Positions 18,350-28,670 of a DNA stretch of 64,000 nucleotides are shown here, piece by piece; position 1 is the stretch's first letter; each line of letters opens with the position of its first letter. This DNA comes from Alphaproteobacteria bacterium (GTDB lineage: Bacteria; Pseudomonadota; Alphaproteobacteria; Bin95). Position numbers and translations under genes: made by a program. The notes beneath the pieces were generated by a model. It saw only the letters and a program-made list of their open reading frames with translations. It made no database searches and was not told the origin of the DNA. Location: NCBI GenBank assembly GCA_965205265.1, contig CBDBGH010000003.1:5399553-5463552 (forward strand), written 5' to 3'.

Positions 18350-20679
18350 GGGATGAGCGCCGCGACCCGCGCCGGCGTCAGCGGCAGTTCCAGGTCTTCG
18401 ACGCCAAGCGCGTCCGCCACCGCATTGGCGATGCAGGCCGGCGCGCTCATGGTGTTGCCTTCGCCGATGCCCTTGGCGCCGAGGGGGGTGAAGGGCGAGG
18501 GGCTTTCGAGATGCAGGATCTCCGGGTCCGGCATTTCGCAGGCGGTCGGCGGCGGGTAGTCGGCGAAGGTGCCGGCGAGCGGCTGGCCCGCCTCGTCATA
18601 GACGAAGGCTTCGAAGAGCGCCGCGCCGACGGCATTGGAGAGGCTGCCGCGCACCTGCCCGTCCGCCATCGGGCGGTGGAGCAGGCGCCCGGCATCGTGC
18701 GCGGTCACGTAGCGGTCTATGCGGACCCGCCCGGTATCGCGGTCCACCTCCACGCCGCAGGCGTCGAAGATGAAGCCGTAGGCGGCGGAGCCGTTGATAC
18801 GGTCCTCCGCGTCGGGCGGCCCCAGCTCCGGCGGGGTCCAGAACTCGGTTGCCCTGAGCGCCGGCTCCACCCCCTGCGGCAGGGTGCCGGGCGACCAGTG
18901 GGCGAGGCCGGCAAGGCGCGCGAACGGCACCTCCCTGCCGGGTCCGGCCCCGACCGTGCCGCCCTCGAAGCGGATGTCCTCCGGCGGCAGGTCGAGCCTG
19001 GCGGCGGCGAGCCGGGCGAGCCGCTGGCGCAGGGTCGAGGCCGCCCGCCACGCCGTGCCGGCGACGGCGGGCGCGAAACGGCAGGAATAGTTGCCGGCGG
19101 CGATCGACCAGGCGTCCCGGGCGCTGTCGAACTCCGCCACGACCCGGATGTCGGCGGGCGCAAGGCCGAACGCGCCGGCCACAACCTCCGCCAGCACGGT
19201 ACGGTGGCCCTGGCCCTGGGGGATGGAATCGGCGGTGACGGTGACGCCGCCATGCGGATCGATGGCGACGGTGGCGGCGGCGAGCGCGCCGTTCTTGAGC
19301 CCGCCTGCGAGGCGGTCGTCATGCTCCAGCACCGTGGTGATGTAGCCCATATTGGAGACGGTCGGCTCCACCGCGGCCGCCAGCCCGACGCCGTATAGCC
19401 GCCCCTCGGCGCGGGCCGCTCTGCGCCGCGCCCGGAGTTCGTCGATGGCCGGGCGGGCGAGGTCCACGACCGCGTCGAAATCGCCGGAATCGTAGAGCGC
19501 GCCCGAAGCCGTGCGGTGGGGCGTCTCGCGCACGAGGTTGCGTTGCAGCACCTCCAGCCGGTCGAGGCCGAGGCGGTCCGCGATGCGGTGCATCAGCCGC
19601 TCCAGCGCGAAATAGACCTGCGGGCCGCCGAAGCCGCGATTGAGGCCGCTCGGCGTCTTGTTGGTGACGGCGATGCTGTTCTCGACTTCGAGGTTGGGGA
19701 TGTCGTAGGCCCCGGTCATCGCGCCGTGCATCCGGTAGAGCGTCGCCGGCTCGGGCGCCTTGATATAGGCCCCGCAGTCCTCCAGCTGCGTGTAGCGGAG
19801 CGCCGTCACCCGGCCGTCGGCCATGACGGCGGCCTCCAGGCGCGTTTCGCGGTTGGTGGCGGAGCCGGCGGCGGTCAGGTGCTCCAGCCGGTCCTCGATC
19901 CATTTCACCGGCCGGCCGGCAAGCCGGGCGACGGCCGCCATCAGCACGATATAGGGTGCGAGGCCCTGCTTGATGCCGAAGCTGCCGCCGGAATCGGGCG
20001 GGGTGCGCAGGCGCAGCCGGTTGGCCGGCACGCCGAGCGCCGCCGCCATCACCGGATGCAGCGCGAACGGCCCCTGGAAGGGCGCCGTCACCTCGAAGGC
20101 GCCGGCGTCGGGGTCCCAGGTGGCGATCAGGCCGAAACACTCGATGGGCGTCACCGCGCTGCGCGGATAGCTGACCTCGATGGCGAAGCGGCGGTCGGCG
20201 GCGGCGAAGGCGCCTTCCGGGTCGCCGTAGGAAAACCGCCGCCGGTTCGCGAGATTGGTGCCGGCGGCCTCGTGCAGCAGCGGCGCGCCTTCCGCAATGG
20301 CCGCCCAGGGCGAGACAACGGCCGGCAGGGGTTCGTATTCGACCTCCACCAGCTCCAGCGCGTCTTCGGCCCGGTAGCGATCCTCCGCCAGCACGACTGC
20401 GACCGGCTCGCCGACATAGCGCACCTTCCCGGTCGCGACCGGGAAGTGGCGCATGGGCGTGCGAAGCGCTGCGATGAAGGGCCTGAGGCCGGCGGCGATG
20501 TCCGGTCCCGTGAACAGGCGCACGCCCTCCGGCGCGGTTATGGGGCCCAAGCGGGCATGGGCGTGGGGCGAGCGCAGGATCGCGGCATGGAGCGTGCGCG
20601 GCGGCTGGGGCAGGTCGTCGATAAACCGCCCCCTGCCGCTGAGCAGCGCCCGATCCTCCACCCGTTCGCCGCCCGTCAC
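18346..20679 (-). CDS. hmfA: Molybdopterin-binding large subunit, xanthine dehydrogenase family (furoyl-CoA dehydrogenase-like)
   Basis: RSPHAHA, SGGSFGIK, NRGFGGPQ, QGQGH, GAKGIGEG. Confidence 0.75.
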   Translation of the reverse strand: MTGGERVEDRALLSGRGRFIDDLPQPPRTLHAAILRSPHAHARLGPITAPEGVRLFTGPDIAAGLRPFIAALRTPMRHFPVATGKVRYVGEPVAVVLAEDRYRAEDALELVEVEYEPLPAVVSPWAAIAEGAPLLHEAAGTNLANRRRFSYGDPEGAFAAADRRFAIEVSYPRSAVTPIECFGLIATWDPDAGAFEVTAPFQGPFALHPVMAAALGVPANRLRLRTPPDSGGSFGIKQGLAPYIVLMAAVARLAGRPVKWIEDRLEHLTAAGSATNRETRLEAAVMADGRVTALRYTQLEDCGAYIKAPEPATLYRMHGAMTGAYDIPNLEVENSIAVTNKTPSGLNRGFGGPQVYFALERLMHRIADRLGLDRLEVLQRNLVRETPHRTASGALYDSGDFDAVVDLARPAIDELRARRRAARAEGRLYGVGLAAAVEPTVSNMGYITTVLEHDDRLAGGLKNGALAAATVAIDPHGGVTVTADSIPQGQGHRTVLAEVVAGAFGLAPADIRVVAEFDSARDAWSIAAGNYSCRFAPAVAGTAWRAASTLRQRLARLAAARLDLPPEDIRFEGGTVGAGPGREVPFARLAGLAHWSPGTLPQGVEPALRATEFWTPPELGPPDAEDRINGSAAYGFIFDACGVEVDRDTGRVRIDRYVTAHDAGRLLHRPMADGQVRGSLSNAVGAALFEAFVYDEAGQPLAGTFADYPPPTACEMPDPEILHLESPSPFTPLGAKGIGEGNTMSAPACIANAVADALGVEDLELPLTPARVAALIP

Positions 20680-20770
20680 CCTGCGTTCCGTCCCGTCATC
20701 GCCGTTCCTACTTAGCCCGGATTTCCCGGCGCTGTCATGGTCTGCGCACCGCCATCCGCTCGTCTGGATA

Positions 20771-21059
20771 GGCTACGGCTTCACACATCTGCGTCCGATA
20801 GCATTGCGTTGCATGAGCCTCCTCCGTCACCCCGGCCCCCGAGCCGGGGTCCAGCCTCGCTTCTCGCGGCGGCCTCGGCGGCTTGTCCTGCTCTCCACCG
20901 GCTGCGGCGGCATCGAGAGCCATGGGTGGACCCCGGCTCGGGGGCCGGGGTGACGAAAGGGGGGCCGGGGGGCGACCCCCGCCTTTGCGGAGGCACTCGC
21001 AACAAGGCTGGCAGGCGCACCGGATACAAGACGGCAAGAGATGTGTGCATGCGGTAGCC
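20771..21059. mobile_element. MITE-like unit with imperfect ~20-bp terminal IRs enclosing a REPIN-like palindrome
   Basis: Left GGCTACGGCTTCACACATCT vs right reverse complement GGCTACCGCATGCACACATCT; inner CGTCACCCCGG..CCGGGGTCCA...TGGACCCCGG..CCGGGGTGACG at 20825-20955. Confidence 0.6.
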
Positions 21060-21062
21060 CGC

Positions 21063-22694
21063 CTATGCGGCGCCTCCGTCCTTCTCCCGGAGCATGCGCT
21101 CGGCGAGGCGGCGGGCGTCTTCGCGGGTCTCGACGATGCGGTGTTCGGGCACGCTGTGCAGGCAGTGGAGCGAGTTCAGGGTCCGCGCGGCGGCGCCGTG
21201 GAGGCCTGCCACGATGCAGGAGGTTCCCGCCGCTTCGGCGAGGTCCACCAGCTGTTCGATGACCATGGCGGCGCTGTCGTCGATATAGGCGGCGCCGGAG
21301 AAATCGAAGATGACGATCTCATGGTCGCGGATTTCCGGCCCGATGGCGTCGGCAAGCTTGTGGGACGAGGCGACGGTGAGGCTGCCCCGGAGCGCCACCA
21401 GGCCTGCCCGGGCGGTAAAGGCGCTCTCCTCTTCCTCTCCATGCGGGCCGAGAAGCGTCCGGTCGAGCAGCGGCGTTGAGATCACGCTGTCGAGTTCGAG
21501 GCGCTCCAATTGCCGCGCATGGACCATGCCGCCTGCGATGAGTCCGATGGCCACCGCCGTGATGAGATCGACGAAGACCGTGAGCGCCAGCACCGACAGC
21601 ATGACGATCAGGTGCTCGCGCCTGAGCGCGTGTATGCGGGCGAGGAGGCGCCAGTCCACAATGTCCCAGCCGACCTTCATCAGCACGCCGGCAAGGGCGG
21701 CCAGCGGAATCGGCTCGGCGAACCGGCCGAGGCCGAGCAGCAGCGCCAGCAGGAAAACCGCGCGCAATGCGCCGGATACCGGCGTCGAGCCGCCGGAGCG
21801 GATATTGGTCACCGTCCCCATTGTGGCCCCGGCGCCGGGGAGCGCCCCGAAGAGCCCGGCCACGGCATTGCCGATGCCCTGGCCGATCAGTTCCCGGTCC
21901 GGGTTGTGGCGCGAGCCGGTCATCGAGTCGGCGATGATGGAGGTGAGCAGGCTGTCCACGGAGCCGAGCAGGGCAAGAATCAGCGCCGGCTCCACCGCGC
22001 CGAGCAGGAAGTCCGCGGACATAAGCGGCAATTGCAGCTCCGGCAGGCCGGTCGGAATCGGGCCGATGACAGGTGTGCCGTCCAGCCAGAGCAAGCCCAG
22101 CAGCGTGCCCGCGACCATCGCCGCGAGGAGCCCGGGCAGGAAGCGCGCCAGCCGGCGCGGCCAGAGGAAGGCGACCGCCAGCGTGACGGCGGCGATGGCG
22201 AAGGCGCCCGCATCGATATTGCGGACCGCGTCCGGGAGCGCCGAGACCGCGCCCATCGGGCCGCCCGGGGCGATAGGCGCGCCTAGCGCCGGCAGCAGTT
22301 GGATCAGCACGATGATGATGCCGATGCCCGACATGAAGCCCGATACCACCACATAGGGCGTGTAGGCGACGAAACGGCCGATCCGCGAGAGCCCGAGCAG
22401 GATCTGCAGCAGGCCCGCCATGACGACGACGGTGAGCGCCTCGGCAAGGCTGGTCGTGTGGCTGGTGATGACGACCGCCATGACGACCGTCATCGGCGCG
22501 GTGGGCCCGGATATCTGGGACCGGGTGCCGCCGAACACGGAGGCGAAGAAGCCGACGGCGATGGCCCCGTGCAGGCCGGCGGCGGCGCCCATGCCGGACG
22601 CGATGCCGAAGCCGAGCGCCACGGGCAGCGCCACCACGGTCGAGGTGATGCCGCCGAACAGGTCCCCCCGGAACGTATCGAGGCCGTATTTCAC
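21063..22694 (-). CDS. SulP-family anion transporter with STAS domain
   Basis: GDLFGG..VALPVALGFG, QISGPT, RELIGQGIGN; STAS motif DFSGAAYIDDSA. Confidence 0.92.
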   Translation of the reverse strand: MKYGLDTFRGDLFGGITSTVVALPVALGFGIASGMGAAAGLHGAIAVGFFASVFGGTRSQISGPTAPMTVVMAVVITSHTTSLAEALTVVVMAGLLQILLGLSRIGRFVAYTPYVVVSGFMSGIGIIIVLIQLLPALGAPIAPGGPMGAVSALPDAVRNIDAGAFAIAAVTLAVAFLWPRRLARFLPGLLAAMVAGTLLGLLWLDGTPVIGPIPTGLPELQLPLMSADFLLGAVEPALILALLGSVDSLLTSIIADSMTGSRHNPDRELIGQGIGNAVAGLFGALPGAGATMGTVTNIRSGGSTPVSGALRAVFLLALLLGLGRFAEPIPLAALAGVLMKVGWDIVDWRLLARIHALRREHLIVMLSVLALTVFVDLITAVAIGLIAGGMVHARQLERLELDSVISTPLLDRTLLGPHGEEEESAFTARAGLVALRGSLTVASSHKLADAIGPEIRDHEIVIFDFSGAAYIDDSAAMVIEQLVDLAEAAGTSCIVAGLHGAAARTLNSLHCLHSVPEHRIVETREDARRLAERMLREKDGGAA

Positions 22695-22772
22695 GGGGGA
22701 AGGTTACCTGCTGCCGCGCCGCCTGCAATCCGCTAATGTCTCTGGCGAAACCCAATGGAGGAGACCGATCCG

Positions 22773-23174
22773 ATGCCGGATACTACTGTTCAGGTCCGCA
22801 AGCTGGCCCACGCCACCGCCGAGTCGGCGCCGCTGGTTCCCGGGCGGCGGGACTTCTTCAAATACCGCGACCTCGGCGTCACCGAGGCGAGCCTCGGCAG
22901 CATGCGCGCCCAGACCATGACCGCGGTCCGCGGCATGACCGAGCCGACCGGCTGGCACTACCATGAGTGCGAGGGCCAGTTCGTCTATGCGCTCAAGGGC
23001 TGGGTGGACCTCGAATTCGAAACCGGCGAGACGCTGCGCATCCAGGCCGGCGAATCGCTCTTCATCCCGGGCGGGCTGAAGCACAACGAGACGGCGACCT
23101 CGGACGACCTCGAAATCCTGGAGCTGTCCATTCCGGCGGAGATGGGCACCGTCTCCTGCGACCCGCCCGCCTGA
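22773..23174 (+). CDS. Cupin-domain protein
   Basis: GWHYHECEGQFVYALKGW and IPGGLKHNE; RBS GGAGGAG. Confidence 0.88.
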   Translation: MPDTTVQVRKLAHATAESAPLVPGRRDFFKYRDLGVTEASLGSMRAQTMTAVRGMTEPTGWHYHECEGQFVYALKGWVDLEFETGETLRIQAGESLFIPGGLKHNETATSDDLEILELSIPAEMGTVSCDPPA

Positions 23175-23221
23175 CGCGGCGGGCGGCGCCGGCCCGGCGT
23201 CCGGCAGCCCGGTCCCCAAGT

Positions 23222-23715
23222 CGTCATGCCCGGACTTGTTCCGGGCATCTCCCTCCACCGCTTCTCCCGGAGCGGCCGCATGGATGCCCGGATCAAGTCC
23301 ATTGCTGTCCGGTTTAGATTTTGTGGACAGGGCGCATGGTTTGGATTCGACCGGGTTTCGAGGGGTTCGGCGGGATCGGGACTCGGATCGACGCCCGGCG
23401 GCCTAGCCCTGTTCTCGTCATGCCCGGACTTGTTCCGGGTATCCATACGGCCGCCCGGCGGAGCCGCTTGAGAGAGATACCCGGAACAAGTCCGGGTATG
23501 ACGAAAGGGGGGGCGTTCGGGCATGACGGACAGGAGGCCGACCGGGGACGCCGCCGCCTCCGAACCCCTGCTCGGCTTCGCTCAATGGCTGAACCGGACA
23601 GCCGTGGAACAAGTCCGGGCATGACGGGAAGAGGGTGCGTTTTCTCTCCACCGGCTGCGGCGGCGTTGTGAGTCATGGATGGACCCCGGCTTCCCTGCTC
23701 GGGGTCGGGGTGACG
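23222..23715. repeat. Cluster of nested REP-like palindromes between convergent genes
   Basis: GTCATGCCCGGACTTGTTCCGGG arms at 23222 and 23416, reverse arms near 23480 and 23605; inner IR GCTGTCCGGTT/AACCGGACAGC; half copy of the GTCACCCCGG family at 23645-23715. Confidence 0.8.
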
Positions 23716-23755
23716 ATTTCGGGCTCGGGCCGAAATACGGTTCTTTCACAACGGC

Positions 23756-24859
23756 TCAGGCGCGCAGGCGGGCGATCCGGTCTTCCGGCATCCGGCCCCT
23801 GTTCTTCTCTGCGAGGAGGGGCCGGACCAGTTCCGCAAAGCCGGTCGCGGCGGCGGCGTGCGGAAAGCCGGACAGGCAGAAGGAATGGCACCCCGCGTCG
23901 ATGAAGGCCTGGAGCTGGTCGGCGCACTGTCGGGGATTGCCGACGACGGCGATGCCGGCCCCGGCCCGGACCCTGGTGATGCCGGTCCAGAGGTTCGGCC
24001 CGATCATTTCGCCATGTTCGCGCGCCAGTTCCTGCACGCGCCGGTTCGCCGCCGAGTTGAACGTGTTGTCGATGATTTCCCGGCGGTTGGCGTCGGTGCC
24101 GTGCGAGACCAGCCTGCGGGCCGCTGCCCAGGCCTCGTCTTCCGATTCGCGGCACATGATCTGCAGGCGCATGCCGAAGCCGATCTCGTCCCCGCGCCCG
24201 AATTGCGCGGCGCGCCGGCGGATATCGACGATGTTTTCGGCGATCCGCTCCGGCGTGTCGCCCCAGAACAGGTGAACGTCCGAGTGCCGGGCGGACATAT
24301 CGGCGGCCTCGGGCGACCCGCCGCCGAGATAGAAGGGGGGATGGGGTTTCTGGTAAATCTCCGGAACGATCGAGCATTTCTTCAGGGTGTGGAAGCGGCC
24401 ATCGAAGTCGATGGGCCCCGCCGCCGCCCAGAGCCGCTTCATGATGGCGACTTCTTCGCCCATCAGGGCGTAGCGTTCTTCCTTGCTGTAGCGGATGCCG
24501 TCGGCCTCGAAGTCCGCTTCCGCCTGCCCCGCTATCAGGTTTATCGCGAGGCGCCCGCCGGTCATCCGGTCGAAGGTCGCCAGCATCTTGGCCTGGAGAA
24601 CCGGATTGACATAGCCGGGCTTGGCCGCGATCAGCGGTTTGATCGTCTTCGTCTTGCCGGCGAGGAAGGCGGCGATGACATAGGCTTCCCAGCAGATGTT
24701 GACGACCGGGATCAGGATGTATTCGAACCCCGCGTCCTCCGCGGCCAGAACGATCCGCTCCATCATTTCCGGCGACGGCGCGATCTCGGACTCCGGGTCG
24801 TGGAAGGCTGTCGTGTCGCCGTTCGTCGGCAGATACCAGCCGAATTCAAGCTGCCGCAT
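23756..24859 (-). CDS. LLM-class flavin-dependent oxidoreductase (SsuD-like)
   Basis: FGWYLPTNGD, AEDAGFEYILIP, ATFDRMTGGRLAINLIAG, PPFYLGGGS, GPNLWTGI. Confidence 0.88.
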   Translation of the reverse strand: MRQLEFGWYLPTNGDTTAFHDPESEIAPSPEMMERIVLAAEDAGFEYILIPVVNICWEAYVIAAFLAGKTKTIKPLIAAKPGYVNPVLQAKMLATFDRMTGGRLAINLIAGQAEADFEADGIRYSKEERYALMGEEVAIMKRLWAAAGPIDFDGRFHTLKKCSIVPEIYQKPHPPFYLGGGSPEAADMSARHSDVHLFWGDTPERIAENIVDIRRRAAQFGRGDEIGFGMRLQIMCRESEDEAWAAARRLVSHGTDANRREIIDNTFNSAANRRVQELAREHGEMIGPNLWTGITRVRAGAGIAVVGNPRQCADQLQAFIDAGCHSFCLSGFPHAAAATGFAELVRPLLAEKNRGRMPEDRIARLRA

Positions 24860-24908
24860 AAGCCTGCCTCCTCTTCTCCGGCGCCGCGCCCCAGCGGGAG
24901 TTCCCGGC

Positions 24909-26357
24909 CTAGCGCGCGGCGATCGGGCGCTCGCGGCGGAGCGCCCTGCCCGGACGGGCGCCGGTGGGACCACCGTCCGCCCAGACCGCTTCTCCGGCTA
25001 CCAATACCATGCGGATACCGTCCGCCGGAGTCATCGGGTTCTCGAAGGTCGCCCGGTCGATCACGGTCTCGGGGTCGAACAGGCAGAGGTCCGCCACCGC
25101 GCCCGGCTCCACGACGCCGCGCCCGTCAAGCCCGAACCGGTCCGCCGGCAGGCCCGTCATGCGGCGCACGGCCTCTTCCAGCGGCATCAGGCCGAGCTCG
25201 CGGCTGTAGTGGCCCAGCACGCGCGGGAAGGTGCCCCAAAGGCGGGGATGCGGGCGCGGGTCGTGGGGAATGCCGTCCGAGCCGATCATGGCGCGCGGGA
25301 AGCGAAGCACGCGCTGCACATCGTCCTCCGACATGGCGAAATAGATCGCCCCGGCCGGCAACAGCCGGAGCGCCATCTCCTCGTCCGTGACGCCGTGCTC
25401 GGCGGCGATGTCGGAGAGGTCGCGGCCCGCCGCCTCGGGGTAGGGCTCCGACCAGGTAATCAGCACGCGGCTGGAATCCGCCAGGCGGTCGGGCAGCAGC
25501 ACGGTCGAGCTCATGGCGTAGGGATAGACGTCGAGCGACACCTGCTGCGCCGCCGCGGCGGCCTCGACCATCGGCAGGGAGCGGGCGGTCTTGCCGTGAT
25601 GGGCGGCGCCGGACGCCTTGTGGTGCGAGAGCACGACGGCGACGCCCGCGCGCCGGCCGATCTCCAGCGATTCCTCGACCGACTCTTCTAGGAAGGCGCC
25701 TTCGTCGCGCATGTGGGTAGCGTAGAGGCCGCCATAGGGCGCCGCCGCCTCGGTCAGCGCCACCACCTCGTCGGTCGGCGCGGCTCTCGAAGGCGGGTAG
25801 AAGAGCCCCGTGGAGAACCCGACGGCGCCCGCCTGCATGGCCTGCTCGACGCCGGCGCGCATGGCCGCGGTCTCGGCGTCGTTCGCGGGCCGGCCGAGGT
25901 CCTCCACATGCTGGACGCGCAGGGTCTGGTGGCCGACCAGGAAGAGCCCGTTGACCACCGGCGGCCGGGCGTCCAGCGCCTCCAGATAGGAGGAGAATGT
26001 GGGGAAGCGGTAGTCGCTCTCGCCGCCCAGCAGGTCCATCGGCGGCGGCGGGCGGCCGTCCGGCCTGAAGGGGGCCAGCGAAATGCCGCAATTGCCGGCG
26101 ACCACGGTGGTCACGCCCTGGCTCGCCTTGGCGGCCATGTCGCCGTCGAGGAGCGCGCGGTCGTCATGCGTGTGCACGTCGATGAAGCCCGGCGCGACGA
26201 CGAGGCCGCGCGCGTCGATCTCCCGTTCGCCGGTTGCGTCGCCGAGCGCGCCGACCTCCGTTATGCGTCCGCTGTCCACGGCGACATCGGCCCTGCAGCC
26301 CGGCGAACCCGTGCCGTCCATGACGGTTCCGCCCCGGATTACCAGATCGTGGCGCAT
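24909..26357 (-). CDS. N-acyl-D-amino-acid deacylase (D-aminoacylase)
   Basis: APGFIDVHTHDD, GNCGIS, THMRDEG, HPRLWGTFPRVLG. Confidence 0.92.
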   Translation of the reverse strand: MRHDLVIRGGTVMDGTGSPGCRADVAVDSGRITEVGALGDATGEREIDARGLVVAPGFIDVHTHDDRALLDGDMAAKASQGVTTVVAGNCGISLAPFRPDGRPPPPMDLLGGESDYRFPTFSSYLEALDARPPVVNGLFLVGHQTLRVQHVEDLGRPANDAETAAMRAGVEQAMQAGAVGFSTGLFYPPSRAAPTDEVVALTEAAAPYGGLYATHMRDEGAFLEESVEESLEIGRRAGVAVVLSHHKASGAAHHGKTARSLPMVEAAAAAQQVSLDVYPYAMSSTVLLPDRLADSSRVLITWSEPYPEAAGRDLSDIAAEHGVTDEEMALRLLPAGAIYFAMSEDDVQRVLRFPRAMIGSDGIPHDPRPHPRLWGTFPRVLGHYSRELGLMPLEEAVRRMTGLPADRFGLDGRGVVEPGAVADLCLFDPETVIDRATFENPMTPADGIRMVLVAGEAVWADGGPTGARPGRALRRERPIAAR

Positions 26358-26434
26358 GTCCGTTCCTCCTCCCGCCCGTCGCTGGCGCCCTCTCTACCAT
26401 GCGCGTAAGGTCGCCGGAAAATCTGGGGGCGTTC

Positions 26435-27313
26435 ATGGGCACACGCGCGATCGGCGAGGTCGCCATTCACCGGGTCGAGGAAAACGCGGGTCCTTCCTTC
26501 CTGCCGGGCCAGCTCTATCCGGACTGGACGCCGGACCATCTGGAGAAGCACCGGGACTGGATGGTGCCGCGCGCCTTCCATGAGCGCAGCGGCAGGCTGA
26601 TGATGAGCCTGCACAGCTGGCTCCTGCGCACGCCGCGCCACACGATCCTGGTCGATACATGCGTCGGCAACCGCAAGACCCGCTCGCGCAAGATGTGGGA
26701 CAATCTCGACACGCCCTGGCTCGACCGGCTGAAGGCGGCCGGCGTGGCCCCGGAGGAGGTGGATTTCGTCCTCTGCACCCATCTGCACACCGACCATGTG
26801 GGCTGGAACACCAGGCTGGAGGACGGGCGCTGGGTGCCGACCTTCCCGAATGCGAAATACCTGATCGGCAAGATCGACTACCAGTACCGCACGCAGCGGC
26901 TGGAGCTCTATCCGGACGAGGAGCCGATGGACGGCGCGTTTGCCGACAGCGTGCTGCCCGTGGTGGAGGCGGGGCAGGCGGTCATGGTCGAGGACGGCTA
27001 CCGGATCGACGAGGCGATGACGGTCGAGGCCGCGCCCGGCCACACGCCCGGCCACGTCACCATGGCGCTCGAGTCCGGCGGCGAGGAGGCGCTGTTCGTC
27101 GGCGACATCATGCACCACCCGATCCAGGTGTACGAGCCGCACTGGAACTCGTCCTTCTGCGAGTGGCCGGAGCATGCGGCGGTCACGCGAAGGCGGGTGC
27201 TGGAGCGGGTCGCGGATACGCCGGCGCTGCTGATGCCGGCGCATTTCCCGGACCCGTCCTGCGGCCATGTGCTGAGCGCGGGCGACAGCTTCCGGTTCCG
27301 CTTCGCCGACTGA
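26435..27313 (+). CDS. MBL-fold metallo-hydrolase
   Basis: THLHTDHVGWN, PGHTPGH, GDIMHHP, PAHF motifs. Confidence 0.9.
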   Translation: MGTRAIGEVAIHRVEENAGPSFLPGQLYPDWTPDHLEKHRDWMVPRAFHERSGRLMMSLHSWLLRTPRHTILVDTCVGNRKTRSRKMWDNLDTPWLDRLKAAGVAPEEVDFVLCTHLHTDHVGWNTRLEDGRWVPTFPNAKYLIGKIDYQYRTQRLELYPDEEPMDGAFADSVLPVVEAGQAVMVEDGYRIDEAMTVEAAPGHTPGHVTMALESGGEEALFVGDIMHHPIQVYEPHWNSSFCEWPEHAAVTRRRVLERVADTPALLMPAHFPDPSCGHVLSAGDSFRFRFAD

Positions 27314-27335
27314 GCCCCGGCCGGCCCTTCCCGCG

Positions 27336-28553
27336 ATGCCCGCCCCGCCGAACGCCGGCCGTTATCCCTGGGTCGTCTGCTTCACGTCGCTGCTGCTGGT
27401 CTTCTTCGGCCAGGGCGCGATGTTCGTGCTGAATGTGGAGCTGAAGCCCATTGCCGAGGACATGGGCTGGCCGCGCGAACTGCCCTCGCTCGGCTATACC
27501 GCGGCCTTCTTCGGCGCCGGCGTGGGCGCGCTCTATTTCGGTCCGCTCTCGGAACGCCTCGGCATGGGCAATGTCGCGCTGATCGGCGCGCTTTCGATAG
27601 GGTCCGGCACCTTCCTCGCCGGCTATGTCGAGACGCCGGGCCAGTTGCTGTTGATCTTCGGCGTGCTGATCGGCCTGCTCGGCAATGCCTGCATGTTCGC
27701 GCCGCTGATGGCCCATGTGATGCGCTGGTTCGACCGCAACCGGGGCCTCGCGCTCGGCATCGCCACCGCCGGGCAGAGCGTCGGCGGCGCCATCTGGCCC
27801 TCGATCATCACCTGGCTCGACGGGACGGTCGGCTGGCGCGACACCTTCCACATATACGGTCTCCTCTGCTTCGGAATCATGGTGCCGTTGACGATGGTCC
27901 TGCGCCGCCCGGCGCCGCCGGTGACAACGGCGGGGGCCCGGGAGGCGGGGCCGGACGGGCGCGCCTTCGGCCTGCCGGGCGGGGTCGCGACGGCGGTGCT
28001 GTGCGCCGCGATCGTCGGCTGCTGCATACCGATGTCGGTTCCGCTGGTGCATCTCAAGGCCTACGGCACGGACCTCGGCCTCGCGCCGCAGGCGGCCGCG
28101 GCAGCGCTCTCGATGGCGCTCTTCGCCAGCCTTTTCTCGCGCATTCTCGGCGGCGCGCTGGCGGACCGCATCGGCGGGCTGAAGACGCTGCTGATCGGCT
28201 CGGCCATCCAGTGCGCGATGCTGGCCGTCATCTCGCAGGCGCGCGAAATGTGGTCGCTCTACGCCGCCTGCATCGCCTTCGGCCTCGGCTATGGCGGCAT
28301 CATCGGCATGTACGCCTATATCGTGCGCGAGTATTTTCCCCCGGCCGGCGCGACCCGGCGCATCGCCTGGATCTTCCTGTTCGGCACCATCGGCATGGCG
28401 GCCGGCGGCTGGTTCGGCGGCCGCCTGTTCGACGCCACGGGCAGCTACGAGGCCGCCTTCCTGCTGGCCGCGGCGGTGAACGCGGTGCAGCTCGTCATCG
28501 TCGCGGCCCTCCTCATCCGCGCCCGCCCCGCCGCAAGGCTGGCGGCAGCCTAA
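27336..28553 (+). CDS. MFS transporter
   Basis: About 12 hydrophobic segments; GPLSERLG, RWFDRNRGLALG, GALADRIG. Confidence 0.9.
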   Translation: MPAPPNAGRYPWVVCFTSLLLVFFGQGAMFVLNVELKPIAEDMGWPRELPSLGYTAAFFGAGVGALYFGPLSERLGMGNVALIGALSIGSGTFLAGYVETPGQLLLIFGVLIGLLGNACMFAPLMAHVMRWFDRNRGLALGIATAGQSVGGAIWPSIITWLDGTVGWRDTFHIYGLLCFGIMVPLTMVLRRPAPPVTTAGAREAGPDGRAFGLPGGVATAVLCAAIVGCCIPMSVPLVHLKAYGTDLGLAPQAAAAALSMALFASLFSRILGGALADRIGGLKTLLIGSAIQCAMLAVISQAREMWSLYAACIAFGLGYGGIIGMYAYIVREYFPPAGATRRIAWIFLFGTIGMAAGGWFGGRLFDATGSYEAAFLLAAAVNAVQLVIVAALLIRARPAARLAAA

Positions 28554-28670
28554 AGGTGCTTCTGAGGGCTGGCCCTCGAAGTGAAATGGGGACTACCATG
28601 GCTCCGCCCGGTCCGGGCCGTCTTCGAGGCGCCGGCCCGGATGCGCGGTTGCTGAAGAGGAGGAAACGGA

